Of a DNA stretch of 64,000 bases, positions 33,313 through 42,658 are shown piece by piece. A program made the translations under genes and the position numbers. This DNA comes from an uncultured Gammaproteobacteria bacterium (GTDB lineage Bacteria; Patescibacteriota; Microgenomatia; JAMCZE01). Under the pieces are notes generated by a model. It did no database searches. It was not told the origin of the DNA and saw nothing but the letters and a program-made list of their open reading frames with translations. Within the stretch, counting starts at the first letter, position 1. Every line of letters begins with the position of its first letter. Where the stretch lies: contig CAZNUP010000002.1 in the NCBI GenBank assembly GCA_964576435.1, positions 42,112-106,111 of the forward strand, given 5' to 3'.

Positions 33313-35148
33313 ATGGAAAAAACGAATTCAAAAGTGAATATTTCTTATCACTTGAAAGAATTGATTGCTAAGGCTGTTTTGGAAAGCTTTGACAATCTAA
33401 ATTTAACAGCTGAGGCTGTTTCTATTGAACATCCTACGGTAGAAGACTATGGAGATTATTCGTCAAATGTGGCGTTGGTACTTTCCAAACAAATAGGAGG
33501 GAATCCGAGGAAAATAGCAGAGAAAATTGTTGCTGCTTTGGAACAGAATAGATCAGATAGTGCATCAAACAACATCATAGAAAAAATTTCGATCGCTGGG
33601 GCTGGATTTATCAACTTTGAGCTCAAAGAGGAGTTTTTGAAAAATCAGATAAAACAAATCAGTGAGCTTGGAGAAAAATTTGGGAACGGGGATTGGGGAG
33701 AAGGACAAAAAATCGCAATTGAAATTGTTAGTCCCAATATTAATAAACCGTTGCACATTGGCCACCTTAGGAATGCGGCACTTGGTATGAGTCTTTCAGA
33801 GCTTTACAAGGCTTCAGGTTGGCAAGTTGTTCGTGATGAAATTAATAATGATCGTGGACTTCATATTATGAAGGCTGCTTACGGATATTTAATTTTTGGA
33901 AGGAAAGAGAAGAGTAGTGAATATTCTTGGAAGAAGCTTCTTGACAATTGGATTTCAGATACAAGTTCTAATAAAAACTATTCTATACCAGGTCTGGAAA
34001 AAGGAGATGAATTTGTAGGTAAATTTTATGTTCTTGGAGAGAAGTTTTTAGAGGAAAACAAGGATATTGCTGAACCACAACTTACTAGCATGCTTCAAGC
34101 ATGGGAGGACGAAGACAAAGATGTTTGGGCTTTGTGGGAGACAATGAGTGAGTGGGTGCATTCTGGAATTGATCAGACATATAAAAGGATTGGCGTCTTA
34201 CATGACAAAAAATGGTATGAACATGAGCTTTATAAGGAAGGTAGAGATTATGTGTTGGAAGCAGTTAAGGAAGGAAAATTTGAAAAGTTGTCAGATGGTG
34301 CTATTCAGGCAAATTTAGAGTCTTATAAACTTCCAAATAAAATACTCATTAGAAACGATGGCACATCTATTTATGTGACTTTTGATATAGCTTTAACAAA
34401 ACACAAAGTAGAGGAATTTAAAGCTGACAAGTATGTTTGGGTTGTGGGATCAGATCAGGTAGACCATTTTAAAAGATTGTTTGCGATTTTTGAGATCTTG
34501 GGTTTTGGGAAAGTTGATAACTTTTACCATCTAGCTTATGGAATGGTCAGAATGCCTGGAGGAAAGATGAGCAGTAGACTTGGGAATGTAATTTTGGCTG
34601 ACGATCTTATTGACAAAATGGTCGAATCGGCAGGGAAATTGATGATGGATAGAAAGATTGGAATGGATTACTCTGATGAAGAAAAAGCAAAAATTAAAGA
34701 AGCGGTTGGAGTTGGGGCACTCAAATATGCAATGCTTAAGGTGAGTCCACTTTTAGATATAACTTTTGATTTAGACAAGTCAGTATCTCTGGAAGGAGAT
34801 TCAGGACCATATTTGCAATACACTTACGCAAGGGCTAAATCAGTTGTTCGAAAAGCAAGCGAAACAAATAATTCCGGGGACAAATTAGAAGATTCTTTAT
34901 CTCCAGAAGAACGGGCTCTTCTTAGGTGGATTTATAGATTCCCAGAAGTTGTAGAGCTTGCAAGCAAGAATTATGCACCAAACCTAATTGCTACATATTT
35001 ATTTGATTTAGCTAAGAGATTTAATAATTTTTATAATAATCAACAGATTGTAGGGAGCAAATCTAGATTAGACCTTACCAAGGCTACATCGGTCGTTTTA
35101 AAGAATGGTCTTACTTTGTTGGGGATTGAAGCTTTGGAAAGAATGTGA
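33313..35148 (+). CDS. argS: Arginine--tRNA ligase
   Basis: A 611-aa protein with HIGH (NINKPLHIGHLRNAALG), the ArgRS N-terminal Arg_tRNA_synt_N-like domain and a DALR-type anticodon-binding C-terminus. Confidence 0.9.
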   Translation: MEKTNSKVNISYHLKELIAKAVLESFDNLNLTAEAVSIEHPTVEDYGDYSSNVALVLSKQIGGNPRKIAEKIVAALEQNRSDSASNNIIEKISIAGAGFINFELKEEFLKNQIKQISELGEKFGNGDWGEGQKIAIEIVSPNINKPLHIGHLRNAALGMSLSELYKASGWQVVRDEINNDRGLHIMKAAYGYLIFGRKEKSSEYSWKKLLDNWISDTSSNKNYSIPGLEKGDEFVGKFYVLGEKFLEENKDIAEPQLTSMLQAWEDEDKDVWALWETMSEWVHSGIDQTYKRIGVLHDKKWYEHELYKEGRDYVLEAVKEGKFEKLSDGAIQANLESYKLPNKILIRNDGTSIYVTFDIALTKHKVEEFKADKYVWVVGSDQVDHFKRLFAIFEILGFGKVDNFYHLAYGMVRMPGGKMSSRLGNVILADDLIDKMVESAGKLMMDRKIGMDYSDEEKAKIKEAVGVGALKYAMLKVSPLLDITFDLDKSVSLEGDSGPYLQYTYARAKSVVRKASETNNSGDKLEDSLSPEERALLRWIYRFPEVVELASKNYAPNLIATYLFDLAKRFNNFYNNQQIVGSKSRLDLTKATSVVLKNGLTLLGIEALERM

Positions 35149-35176
35149 TGTTATAATTTTTGAGAGGTGAGAAGTT

Positions 35177-35374
35177 ATGGGAATAGACCTATCTGAATTT
35201 AGTACATTAACCCCTGAACAGCAAGACCAATTTTTAGCCGCGGAACGGGCCAAAAAGCAATCTCAAGTTAATAATGGCCAAGGTGAGGGATTTGGTATTA
35301 AAAAAGGCGAGAATCTTACCGAACGGGCAAAATCTGATGAAGAAACAAATCCTTCAAAACCTAATCAAGGTTAA
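35177..35374 (+). CDS. Small hypothetical hydrophilic protein (65 aa)
   Basis: A good SD (GAGAGGTGAGAAGTT) lies 5-8 nt upstream of the ATG. It sits between argS and the M16 gene. Confidence 0.4.
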   Translation: MGIDLSEFSTLTPEQQDQFLAAERAKKQSQVNNGQGEGFGIKKGENLTERAKSDEETNPSKPNQG

Positions 35375-35412
35375 TATGGGACGATTGAGGATTTTCGTGC
35401 TAAAATCTCTTC

Positions 35413-36669
35413 ATGTTTTCTAAGAGTGTACTTCCAAATGGCCTCAGGTATATTTTGGCGCCGATGCCACAAGTGAAATCTGCAACAGTTCTTGTGATGG
35501 TTGAAGCAGGGTCAAGATATGAAGATAAAACGAATAATGGAGTGTCTCATTTTTTGGAACACATGATGTTTAAAGGAACTAAAAAGAGACCTTCCAAAAT
35601 TGAAATATCCAAACTTCTTGATGGAATTGGTGCCTCATTTAATGCCTTTACCTCTAAAGAATATACAGGCTTTTATGTCAAAGCGGCCTCTGAGCACCTG
35701 GACCTTATAACAGATGTAGTATCTGATATGGTTTTGAATTCAACTTACCCTGAAGTTGAGGTTGAAAGAGAAAGAGGGGTCATCATTGAAGAAATTAACA
35801 TGGGTGAGGATGATCCTTCTGGGAAAGTTTTTGAAGTATTTGAAAAGATGATGTTTAAGGGGTCGCCACTTGCAATGACAATTGCCGGAGAAAAAGAAAT
35901 TATTGGCAAAATGAGCCAGAAACAAGTCAAAGATTATGTAGATAAGATGTACCACCCTGGTGCCATGGTTGTTACAATGGCCGGGCAAATTGGGCCGGAA
36001 AACCTTGTTGAGAAATATTTTGGCAAAAGCACTGGCAAATCAGAGAATAAATATCTTCCTGGAGTTGATTTACAAAAAGGCCCACAGGTTTCAGTTTATG
36101 ACAAAAAAACTGAACAAGCGCATTTTGTTCTTGGGGTTAGAGGATATGCACTATCTGATCCAAAAAGACACGCTGCTTCAATTCTTGGAAACATCTTAGG
36201 TGGAAACATGTCTTCAAGGCTATTTCAGGAAGTAAGGGAGAAAAGAGGGCTTGCTTATTATGTTTCAGCTGCAGCTGATGAATACTTAGACACTGGATTT
36301 CTTCTTGCGGGAGCTGGAGTCCGGATTAGTGATTCTGAAGAAGCGGTTAAAGTGGTTTTGGAACAGTTTAACTTAATTAGAGAAAAAGGGGTTACAGAAG
36401 AAGAGTTGGCAATGGCTAAACAATACGCTAAAGGGAAAATGATTCTAGCTTTAGAGGATCCATTTAGAGTGGCGTCATTTTTTGCTGCACAAGAACTTAT
36501 GGAGAAGAAAGTTCTTTTGCCAGATGAAGTTTTAGCAAGGCTTGATAGTGTGACAGCTGAGCAGGTTCAAGATGTTGCACAAGAATTATTCTTGACTGAT
36601 AGATTGAATCTTGCTGTAATTGGACCATTTTCAGATAAGGTAAAGTTTGATAAAATACTTAAATTATGA
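35413..36669 (+). CDS. M16 family zinc peptidase (pitrilysin-like)
   Basis: The HxxEH inverted zinc motif (HFLEHMMFKGT) is near the N-terminus, and the two-domain M16 layout is present. Confidence 0.75.
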   Translation: MFSKSVLPNGLRYILAPMPQVKSATVLVMVEAGSRYEDKTNNGVSHFLEHMMFKGTKKRPSKIEISKLLDGIGASFNAFTSKEYTGFYVKAASEHLDLITDVVSDMVLNSTYPEVEVERERGVIIEEINMGEDDPSGKVFEVFEKMMFKGSPLAMTIAGEKEIIGKMSQKQVKDYVDKMYHPGAMVVTMAGQIGPENLVEKYFGKSTGKSENKYLPGVDLQKGPQVSVYDKKTEQAHFVLGVRGYALSDPKRHAASILGNILGGNMSSRLFQEVREKRGLAYYVSAAADEYLDTGFLLAGAGVRISDSEEAVKVVLEQFNLIREKGVTEEELAMAKQYAKGKMILALEDPFRVASFFAAQELMEKKVLLPDEVLARLDSVTAEQVQDVAQELFLTDRLNLAVIGPFSDKVKFDKILKL

Positions 36670-37295
36670 GCGGGAAACAAAAATTTACAGAAAAAACTTT
36701 AGTAATTTTAAAGCCAGACACAGTTCAAAGAGGACTTATTGGGGAAATTATTACTAGATTTGAGAAAAAAGGTCTTAAGATTGTGGCCTTGAAGATGATT
36801 TGGCCAACTGAAGAGATGGCGAGAAAACATTACGATCAGCCGGAAGAAGCTGCAAGAGGGCTCGGAGAAAAGACAATTGCTACATACAAAGAAAAGAATG
36901 TGCCTCTTTGGACGGATGACCCTATGGAAATTGCTAAAGACATACAAAAAAAACTTGTGAGGTATATGTCTTCTGGTCCAGTAGTTGTGATGGTGGTTGA
37001 AGGAGCTCATGCTGTTGAGCACGTGAGGAAAATTAGAGGCAATACAAGCCCATCAAAAGCAGAAGTCGGGAGTATTACTGCTGATTATACAGTTGACTCC
37101 TACTTCATGTCAGACGAAGACTCAAGAGCACTTAGAAATTTGGTACATGCTTCAGGGACTGTTGAAGAAGCTAATACTGAAATTGATCTTTGGTTTAATG
37201 AAGATGAGATAAGTGATTACACTTTAGCCATTGAAGAAATTTTGTACGAAACAGATTGGGAGAATAAGCACAAGAGGTCTTCAAAGAAAAATTAA
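36666..37295 (+). CDS. ndk: Nucleoside diphosphate kinase (with internal insertions)
   Basis: It has LVILKPDTVQRGLIGEIITRFEKKGLKIVALK and NLVHASGTVEEANTEIDLWF (the catalytic His region). Its 209 aa compare with about 150 aa in typical NDKs. Confidence 0.8.
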   Translation: MSGKQKFTEKTLVILKPDTVQRGLIGEIITRFEKKGLKIVALKMIWPTEEMARKHYDQPEEAARGLGEKTIATYKEKNVPLWTDDPMEIAKDIQKKLVRYMSSGPVVVMVVEGAHAVEHVRKIRGNTSPSKAEVGSITADYTVDSYFMSDEDSRALRNLVHASGTVEEANTEIDLWFNEDEISDYTLAIEEILYETDWENKHKRSSKKN

Positions 37296-37316
37296 ATTTT
37301 CCCTCACTAAAAAATT

Positions 37317-37664
37317 ATGCCAGTTAATCTCAGTGGACGAGTTGAATGTGTTCTCAAAGGCATACGCAAGGGAAAAATACCTATAGATGAGAACCAGGAT
37401 AATGGTGGACATGTTGAGGGTTCTAACAATCTATGTTTTTTTTGTGGGAGGTGCTCTCGAGAGATTAGTGGTTCGCCTGGTGGTCGTGTTGATTTGGTCA
37501 AATTTACTGGCAGAGTATCTAGTGATTCTTGCTTGGAAGAGGATCCACTTGTGATGAAAGTTGATCTTAATCCAATCAAAAGAGGAAGAATTGTTACTGG
37601 ATTTTATTTTAACAATAAATATTTAATTCCAGGCCTTTTTCCGAAAAAACCAAAAAAGGGATGA
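37317..37664 (+). CDS. Questionable hypothetical ORF (115 aa) in the 375-nt gap between ndk and tRNA-Pro
   Basis: ORFs are open on both strands here. There is no SD and no recognisable motif; the region could instead hold an unrecognised ncRNA. Confidence 0.15.
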   Translation: MPVNLSGRVECVLKGIRKGKIPIDENQDNGGHVEGSNNLCFFCGRCSREISGSPGGRVDLVKFTGRVSSDSCLEEDPLVMKVDLNPIKRGRIVTGFYFNNKYLIPGLFPKKPKKG

Positions 37665-37671
37665 GTTTTTG

Positions 37672-37743
37672 TCGGGGTGCAGGGAATTGAACCCTGTGTC
37701 TCACGGTCCCGAACCGTGCGTGTTACCGATGCACCACACCCCG
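37672..37743 (-). tRNA. tRNA-Pro (anticodon CGG)
   Basis: Manual cloverleaf: acceptor CGGGGUG/CACCCCG with C1-G72 and A73 (typical of bacterial tRNA-Pro), anticodon arm CACGG-UUCGGGA-CCGUG, T-arm CAGGG-UUCAAUU-CCCUG. No encoded CCA. Confidence 0.7.
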
Positions 37744-37792
37744 AATAATTTTTTCCATTTTACTGTATTTACTGATAAAATTGGAATGTTTA

Positions 37793-37864
37793 GCCCTCGT
37801 AGCTCAACGGATAGAGCAATCCCGTCCTAAGGGAAAGATAACAGTTCAATTCTGTTCGAGGGTA
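37793..37864 (+). tRNA. tRNA-Arg (anticodon CCU)
   Basis: Manual cloverleaf: acceptor GCCCUCG/CGAGGGU, D-arm GCUC-AACGGAUA-GAGC, anticodon loop GUCCUAA, T-arm AACAG-UUCAAUU-CUGUU, discriminator A. Confidence 0.7.
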
Positions 37865-37868
37865 CTTA

Positions 37869-38516
37869 ATGAATAGGTCAGAATATATCAAAGTCTTTAC
37901 ACTCCGAGTCATCGGAAATTTTTTGTTGCTTTCAGCTTGTGCTGGGGTGTTTTTGACTTTTGCTCCTGCTATTCAAGCGGAAGCAAAGTTTAGATATGAC
38001 GAAATTTTGGGAGTTAAATATGTGGTATCTGATGACAAAGAGCAGGGAAGTTTTGGAAATATTTATCAAGGACTTGAACCAAAATCAAGAGATTTTGGTG
38101 TTGTGATAACTCGAATTGGTGCAAATGCTAATGTGATTCCTAATGTGGATCCCGGAAACGAAAGGGAATATATGGAAGCTTTGCAAGAAGGGGTGGCTCA
38201 CGCAGCAGGAAGCGTTATGCCAGGTGAAAAAGGTAACTCAGTACTGTTTGCTCATTCAGTGGGAAATTTTTGGGAAGTCAATCAGTGGAACGCAGTATTT
38301 TATTTACTTAAGGAACTCGAACCAGGGGACACAATAGATGTGTTTTATAAAGATAAGAGATATGTTTATGAAGTTTATGACAAAACAATTGTTGACCCTG
38401 ATCAGGTAGAATTTTTGAGACCAGAAGCTGATTTTCAGAAACTTACTTTAGAAACATGCTGGCCTCCAGGAACAACACTCAAGAGGCTGTTAGTTTTTGC
38501 AAAACTTAAGGACTAG
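37869..38516 (+). CDS. Sortase family transpeptidase
   Basis: N-terminal TM anchor, a TLxTC active-site motif (LTLETCWPP), a downstream Arg (LKRLLVF) and an upstream His (LFAHS). Confidence 0.6.
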   Translation: MNRSEYIKVFTLRVIGNFLLLSACAGVFLTFAPAIQAEAKFRYDEILGVKYVVSDDKEQGSFGNIYQGLEPKSRDFGVVITRIGANANVIPNVDPGNEREYMEALQEGVAHAAGSVMPGEKGNSVLFAHSVGNFWEVNQWNAVFYLLKELEPGDTIDVFYKDKRYVYEVYDKTIVDPDQVEFLRPEADFQKLTLETCWPPGTTLKRLLVFAKLKD

Positions 38517-39600
38517 ATTTAAGTGCTGTTTTTCTTGTTGCATTAAATTTCCCAATATTAATTCCATTTTTTGCCCATTCGTCGTTTAAGTTGTTTATTT
38601 TCAATATATATAATTCTCTGTTGTCTGGCGTAGAACAAATTAGACCTATTGCCACCTTTTCATTGCTGCCTTCCTCGTCTTCTAAACCAGGTCCTCCACT
38701 ACTGCCATGGTCTTGTGCCTGTTTAAGTATTAAGTAAATGTTTCTAGTTCTGTCGAAGTATATTTGAGGTCTATCGACAGTTTTTCCATAAAGACTTACG
38801 TCAAAATTTGAACCATTGTCTTTAACTGCTTGATAGGGTATCCCCATGTGTGTAATGGGGGAATCGACATTGATCTTGTCATTTTTCTTGAACTTATAGC
38901 CGGGCATATTATCAAATATCTTTTTTGTACCGTCGTTTTTAGGAATAAGTAAAATTACAGCATCGTTAATTCCATCTCTATAGACCCAATCTACAGGAAA
39001 AACTTTTTTTTCTGTTCCTAACCCAACTTGTGTCATTGAGAAATTAGAATTTTCCCAATTATTACCAAGCGAACCATGGTCGGTTGTTGCTACAAAATAA
39101 AACTCATCATCTTCATAATCCATTTTGAAACCTGTAGATCTTTCTTCTAGATTTTGGTTGTTTGGGTTGGTAAAAGTTAGGCTAAATATAGCCTGCTCAC
39201 TTTTCTTTTTTTCAAATTCTGAAAAATTGTTTGTAATGGGCAAAGAAATTTCTTCGTTATTTCCTTGAACGGTTGCATATTCTTGAGCTGTAACTGTTTT
39301 AAAAACAGTTGTGGGAACTTGTTCTGGTCCTTTTTGTGAGATATCTGCTAAGAATTTCGGTGAGGAATAATTCACCTCTGGATATTCTTTTCTGAACTGG
39401 GGAGAATTTGAAGAATAAGATGATATTTGATTCGGATTTGTGTTGATAGTTGAGATTTCAGTTCCTCCGCAAGCTAGGAGAAGTACTGCTGGGGCAACAA
39501 TAGGCAAAGCTTTTGCTAACCTAATTAGGTGTTTGTTAAAGCTTTGTTTGATTTTGTCTTTACTTTTGAGTTCGGGTTCACTTTTGGAATCTGGGTTCAT
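38506..39600 (-). CDS. Lipoprotein, putative trypsin-like (S1-type) serine protease
   Basis: Lipobox LLAC-G after the signal peptide; GSSGGP (a GDSGGP-like motif) in DHGSSGGPGL. Confidence 0.4.
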   Translation of the reverse strand: MNPDSKSEPELKSKDKIKQSFNKHLIRLAKALPIVAPAVLLLACGGTEISTINTNPNQISSYSSNSPQFRKEYPEVNYSSPKFLADISQKGPEQVPTTVFKTVTAQEYATVQGNNEEISLPITNNFSEFEKKKSEQAIFSLTFTNPNNQNLEERSTGFKMDYEDDEFYFVATTDHGSLGNNWENSNFSMTQVGLGTEKKVFPVDWVYRDGINDAVILLIPKNDGTKKIFDNMPGYKFKKNDKINVDSPITHMGIPYQAVKDNGSNFDVSLYGKTVDRPQIYFDRTRNIYLILKQAQDHGSSGGPGLEDEEGSNEKVAIGLICSTPDNRELYILKINNLNDEWAKNGINIGKFNATRKTALKSSP

Positions 39601-39603
39601 GGA

Positions 39604-40806
39604 CTACCTAAGGTTTATGGTGTAGAGATTTTCCCCGTTGCCAGGGCTTAGATTAAGACTAGTCAAAATTACGATTTTTGTCCAGTTGGGCCAGGGGAAA
39701 ATATAGCCGTTGGTGAAGGGACCTGCATAAACTACTGCTTTATTTGTGCCGTCAAAATCAGATACGGCGATTTCTTTATCAGTGTGAGTTAAGAGATGTC
39801 TTGAAGAGGGAAACCAAGAAACATTGGAGCCTTCAATTGGATAGTTTCTATCTTCTTTAATGTCGTAAACATAAAGTTTGCCAGCTTTGATGGTGCGTTC
39901 CTCTGGGGTGGGGTTAGTTCCTGGTAAAGGTGTTTTTAATTGACGTTCAAGAGTAGCTGCTTGAGTTGCTTGGTAAAGTACCTTGCTTTGATCTGGTGGA
40001 AATTCGATGCTAGTGGCATTTTCATTAAAGAATTTTCTTAAGCTAGCTGGAAGTCTACTCATTTGAGCTTTTTCTCTGTCAGCAATTTGTGAATTCCAAT
40101 CGGCAAGGATCTCTGGAAGAGTTGCTGTAACTACTGGTGGGTTTTGATTAATTTGACCTGTATTTAAGAGATAAGCAATCTGACCTGAGGGTGTGGATTC
40201 AAGAGTGAGAGGTTCTCCAAAGTAGGCAATAATTTCTCTGCCATCTGGGGACCATAGATAATTAGCTTCTGAAAAGGGTTCAGAACCTGAGTCAATTTGA
40301 ATTTGGCGAAACTCGGCACTGCCTCCAAGAGGGCCGGGAAGACTTCTTCCCATATCTGCTATCCAGACACCGCTTTTTTCCGCTGAAGCGGAAGAAACTC
40401 CATAAGCAATTCGGCTTTGGTCAAAAGAAAGACTAGGATTTTTAGCACCTGTTAGAGTTAAAGGCCTTAAATCAGGCACTCTTGGGAAAAGGAAAACATT
40501 AGTTTTGAAGACTTCTTCGGGTTTAATCTCTAGGGATTTTTCCCAAGGATAGAATCCATCTAACTGGATCTTAATATCATATTTGCCAGGAGTGAGGTTG
40601 ATAGTGTTGTTGGTGGCGGTTTTTAGTTCGCCATTGATCCAAACTTCGGCGCCATTGGGGTCACTAGTTGCAACTAGGATACCTGTTGGTTTGACTGCTT
40701 TTGTACTTAAATCCAAGGTGTAACCTTTGGCAGCTCCGATTGCAATTGCCGAACCTAGGATAATGATAAATAGGGCAGCTATTATCGCCACCAGGCCTCG
40801 ATTCAT
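39604..40806 (-). CDS. Membrane-anchored PEGA-domain / beta-propeller (TolB-like) protein
   Basis: N-terminal TM helix, then SDPNGAEVWINGELKTATNNTINLTPGKYDIKIQLDGFYPW (a PEGA-like domain), then a WD/TolB-like repeat region. Confidence 0.5.
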   Translation of the reverse strand: MNRGLVAIIAALFIIILGSAIAIGAAKGYTLDLSTKAVKPTGILVATSDPNGAEVWINGELKTATNNTINLTPGKYDIKIQLDGFYPWEKSLEIKPEEVFKTNVFLFPRVPDLRPLTLTGAKNPSLSFDQSRIAYGVSSASAEKSGVWIADMGRSLPGPLGGSAEFRQIQIDSGSEPFSEANYLWSPDGREIIAYFGEPLTLESTPSGQIAYLLNTGQINQNPPVVTATLPEILADWNSQIADREKAQMSRLPASLRKFFNENATSIEFPPDQSKVLYQATQAATLERQLKTPLPGTNPTPEERTIKAGKLYVYDIKEDRNYPIEGSNVSWFPSSRHLLTHTDKEIAVSDFDGTNKAVVYAGPFTNGYIFPWPNWTKIVILTSLNLSPGNGENLYTINLR

Positions 40807-40820
40807 GGTAGAATTTTAAC

Positions 40821-41828
40821 ATGTTTTCAATTGGGAAGCGACTTGGCATTGACCTCGGAACTGCAAACTCACTGGTCTATTTGGTCGGTCAGGGGTTGGT
40901 TTTAAATGAACCTACTGTCGTTGCTGTTGGAGTTGATGATGGGGCAGTGGTTGCTGTGGGAAATGAAGCTAAAGCGATGCTTGGGAGGACTCCGGGAAAC
41001 ATCACTGCTTCAAGACCAATGCGTGAAGGGGTTATCGCTGATTATGAGGTTACGGAAGCCATGCTTCGGTATTTTATTGACAAGGTTTGTGGCTCATCAA
41101 GGCTCTTTAAACCAGAAGTGATGATTTGTGTTCCGGCGGGAGTTACCCAAGTGGAGAGACGAGCGGTTCTTGATGCAACTTTGTCAGCGGGAGCAAAACT
41201 AGCCTATTTAATTGATGAACCACTGGCTGCTGCAATTGGAGCTAGAATTCCAATTGCAAATCCATCGGGGAACATGATTGTTGATATAGGTGGAGGATCG
41301 ACTGAAGCGGCGGTTATATCTTTAGGAGGAGTTGTAACTCATAGATCAGCAAGAGTGGCGGGAAACAAACTGGACGAGGCCATTCAATCTTATGTTAAGA
41401 AGAAGTTTAATCTTCTGATTGGGGAGAATACTGCTGAAGAGATTAAGATTCAAATAGGTTCCGCAGTTCTCTCTGAGAATAAAACAATGGAAGTCCGAGG
41501 AAGAGATGCAGCTACGGGTTTACCTCGGATGATTAATCTTACCTCGGCTGAAGTAGTTGAGGCCATCACACCAGTCTTAAATCAAATTGTCACTGCCCTT
41601 AAGGGAGTGCTAGAAGAAACACCTCCTGAGCTCGCTTCTGACATCATTGATCGAGGGATTGTGCTCAGTGGAGGAACTAGTCTCCTTCGGAATCTTGATA
41701 AGTTGTTCACCCAAACTTTGGGAGTGCCGGCACATGTTGCGGATGATCCACTATTTTGCGTTGTCAAAGGATGTGGGATTGCCATGGAGAACATTGATTT
41801 GTATCGAAAATCAGTTACTAGGAAATAG
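40821..41828 (+). CDS. mreB: Rod shape-determining protein MreB (actin homologue)
   Basis: IGIDLGTANSLVY phosphate-1 motif, MVDIGGGSTE and LSGGTSLLRNL actin-fold motifs; 335 aa. Confidence 0.88.
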   Translation: MFSIGKRLGIDLGTANSLVYLVGQGLVLNEPTVVAVGVDDGAVVAVGNEAKAMLGRTPGNITASRPMREGVIADYEVTEAMLRYFIDKVCGSSRLFKPEVMICVPAGVTQVERRAVLDATLSAGAKLAYLIDEPLAAAIGARIPIANPSGNMIVDIGGGSTEAAVISLGGVVTHRSARVAGNKLDEAIQSYVKKKFNLLIGENTAEEIKIQIGSAVLSENKTMEVRGRDAATGLPRMINLTSAEVVEAITPVLNQIVTALKGVLEETPPELASDIIDRGIVLSGGTSLLRNLDKLFTQTLGVPAHVADDPLFCVVKGCGIAMENIDLYRKSVTRK

Positions 41829-41938
41829 CCTATAAATTTAAAGTCTATTTTAAATAGTGACTCGTATAAAACTCATATTCGAACTGGAAAAATTGTGTTC
41901 AAAAGCAGGTATATAGAAAAATTAAGTATTTAAAATAT

Positions 41939-42643
41939 ATGACTCATAATGTACTTGGTGTAAGAATAGATGATATACCCGAAGGGGAGGTAATTTCAAA
42001 AATTAGTGAGGCTAAGAAAGATTTTTTAGTGTTTACGCCAGGACCTGAGTTTTTAGTGACTGCTTCAAAAGATTCAGAATTCACGAAAGTTCTTAATGAG
42101 TCTAATTTAAATATTCCAGATGGTGTGGGTTTAGGGCTTGCTGGCGTGCGAAATAGAATAACCGGTGTGGATTTGATGATTAAACTTCTTAATTTAGCTG
42201 CAGAAAAGGATTGGAGTGTAGGACTTATTGGAGGAGTTAATGGAGTGAGTGAGAAAGTAGCTAGGAAATTTCCAAAGACAAAGTTTAAATATACTTGGTC
42301 TGACGAAGAGGCAGATAAAATAATGAAGCATTACTTAATAGATAATACTATTAATATATCTTCTGATAATGTAGATCTACTTTTTGTTGGACTGGGGCAC
42401 CCAAAGCAAGAAAAGGTGCTTTTCAATATAGTCAAAGAAAAAAAAGGAATTAAATTTAAAGTTGGAATGGGGGTCGGTGGAAGTTTTGATTTAATTGCAG
42501 GGACAAAAAAGAGAGCACCTAAGTTTATACAGCAAATTGGAATGGAATGGCTTTGGAGGGGATTACAGGACCCCAAACATTTTGTCAGAATTTGGAGAGC
42601 AACGGGAGAATTTGTGTGGGTACTAATTTCTTCAAAAAACTAG
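41939..42643 (+). CDS. WecB/TagA/CpsF family (GT26) glycosyltransferase
   Basis: LLFVGLGHPKQEKVLFN and the C-terminal EWLWRGLQDPKHFVRIWRA are characteristic of the family. Confidence 0.7.
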   Translation: MTHNVLGVRIDDIPEGEVISKISEAKKDFLVFTPGPEFLVTASKDSEFTKVLNESNLNIPDGVGLGLAGVRNRITGVDLMIKLLNLAAEKDWSVGLIGGVNGVSEKVARKFPKTKFKYTWSDEEADKIMKHYLIDNTINISSDNVDLLFVGLGHPKQEKVLFNIVKEKKGIKFKVGMGVGGSFDLIAGTKKRAPKFIQQIGMEWLWRGLQDPKHFVRIWRATGEFVWVLISSKN

Positions 42644-42658
42644 AGGACTGTCTTGTAG

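Noticed and set aside
37296-37671. RNase P RNA, tmRNA or SRP RNA in the ndk-tRNA gap
   Set aside because: I could not find the P4 elements (GAAAGUCCGG / ACAGAACCCGGCUUA), the tmRNA tRNA-like end or tag ORF, or the SRP domain IV motif by eye. The region is left unassigned rather than called.
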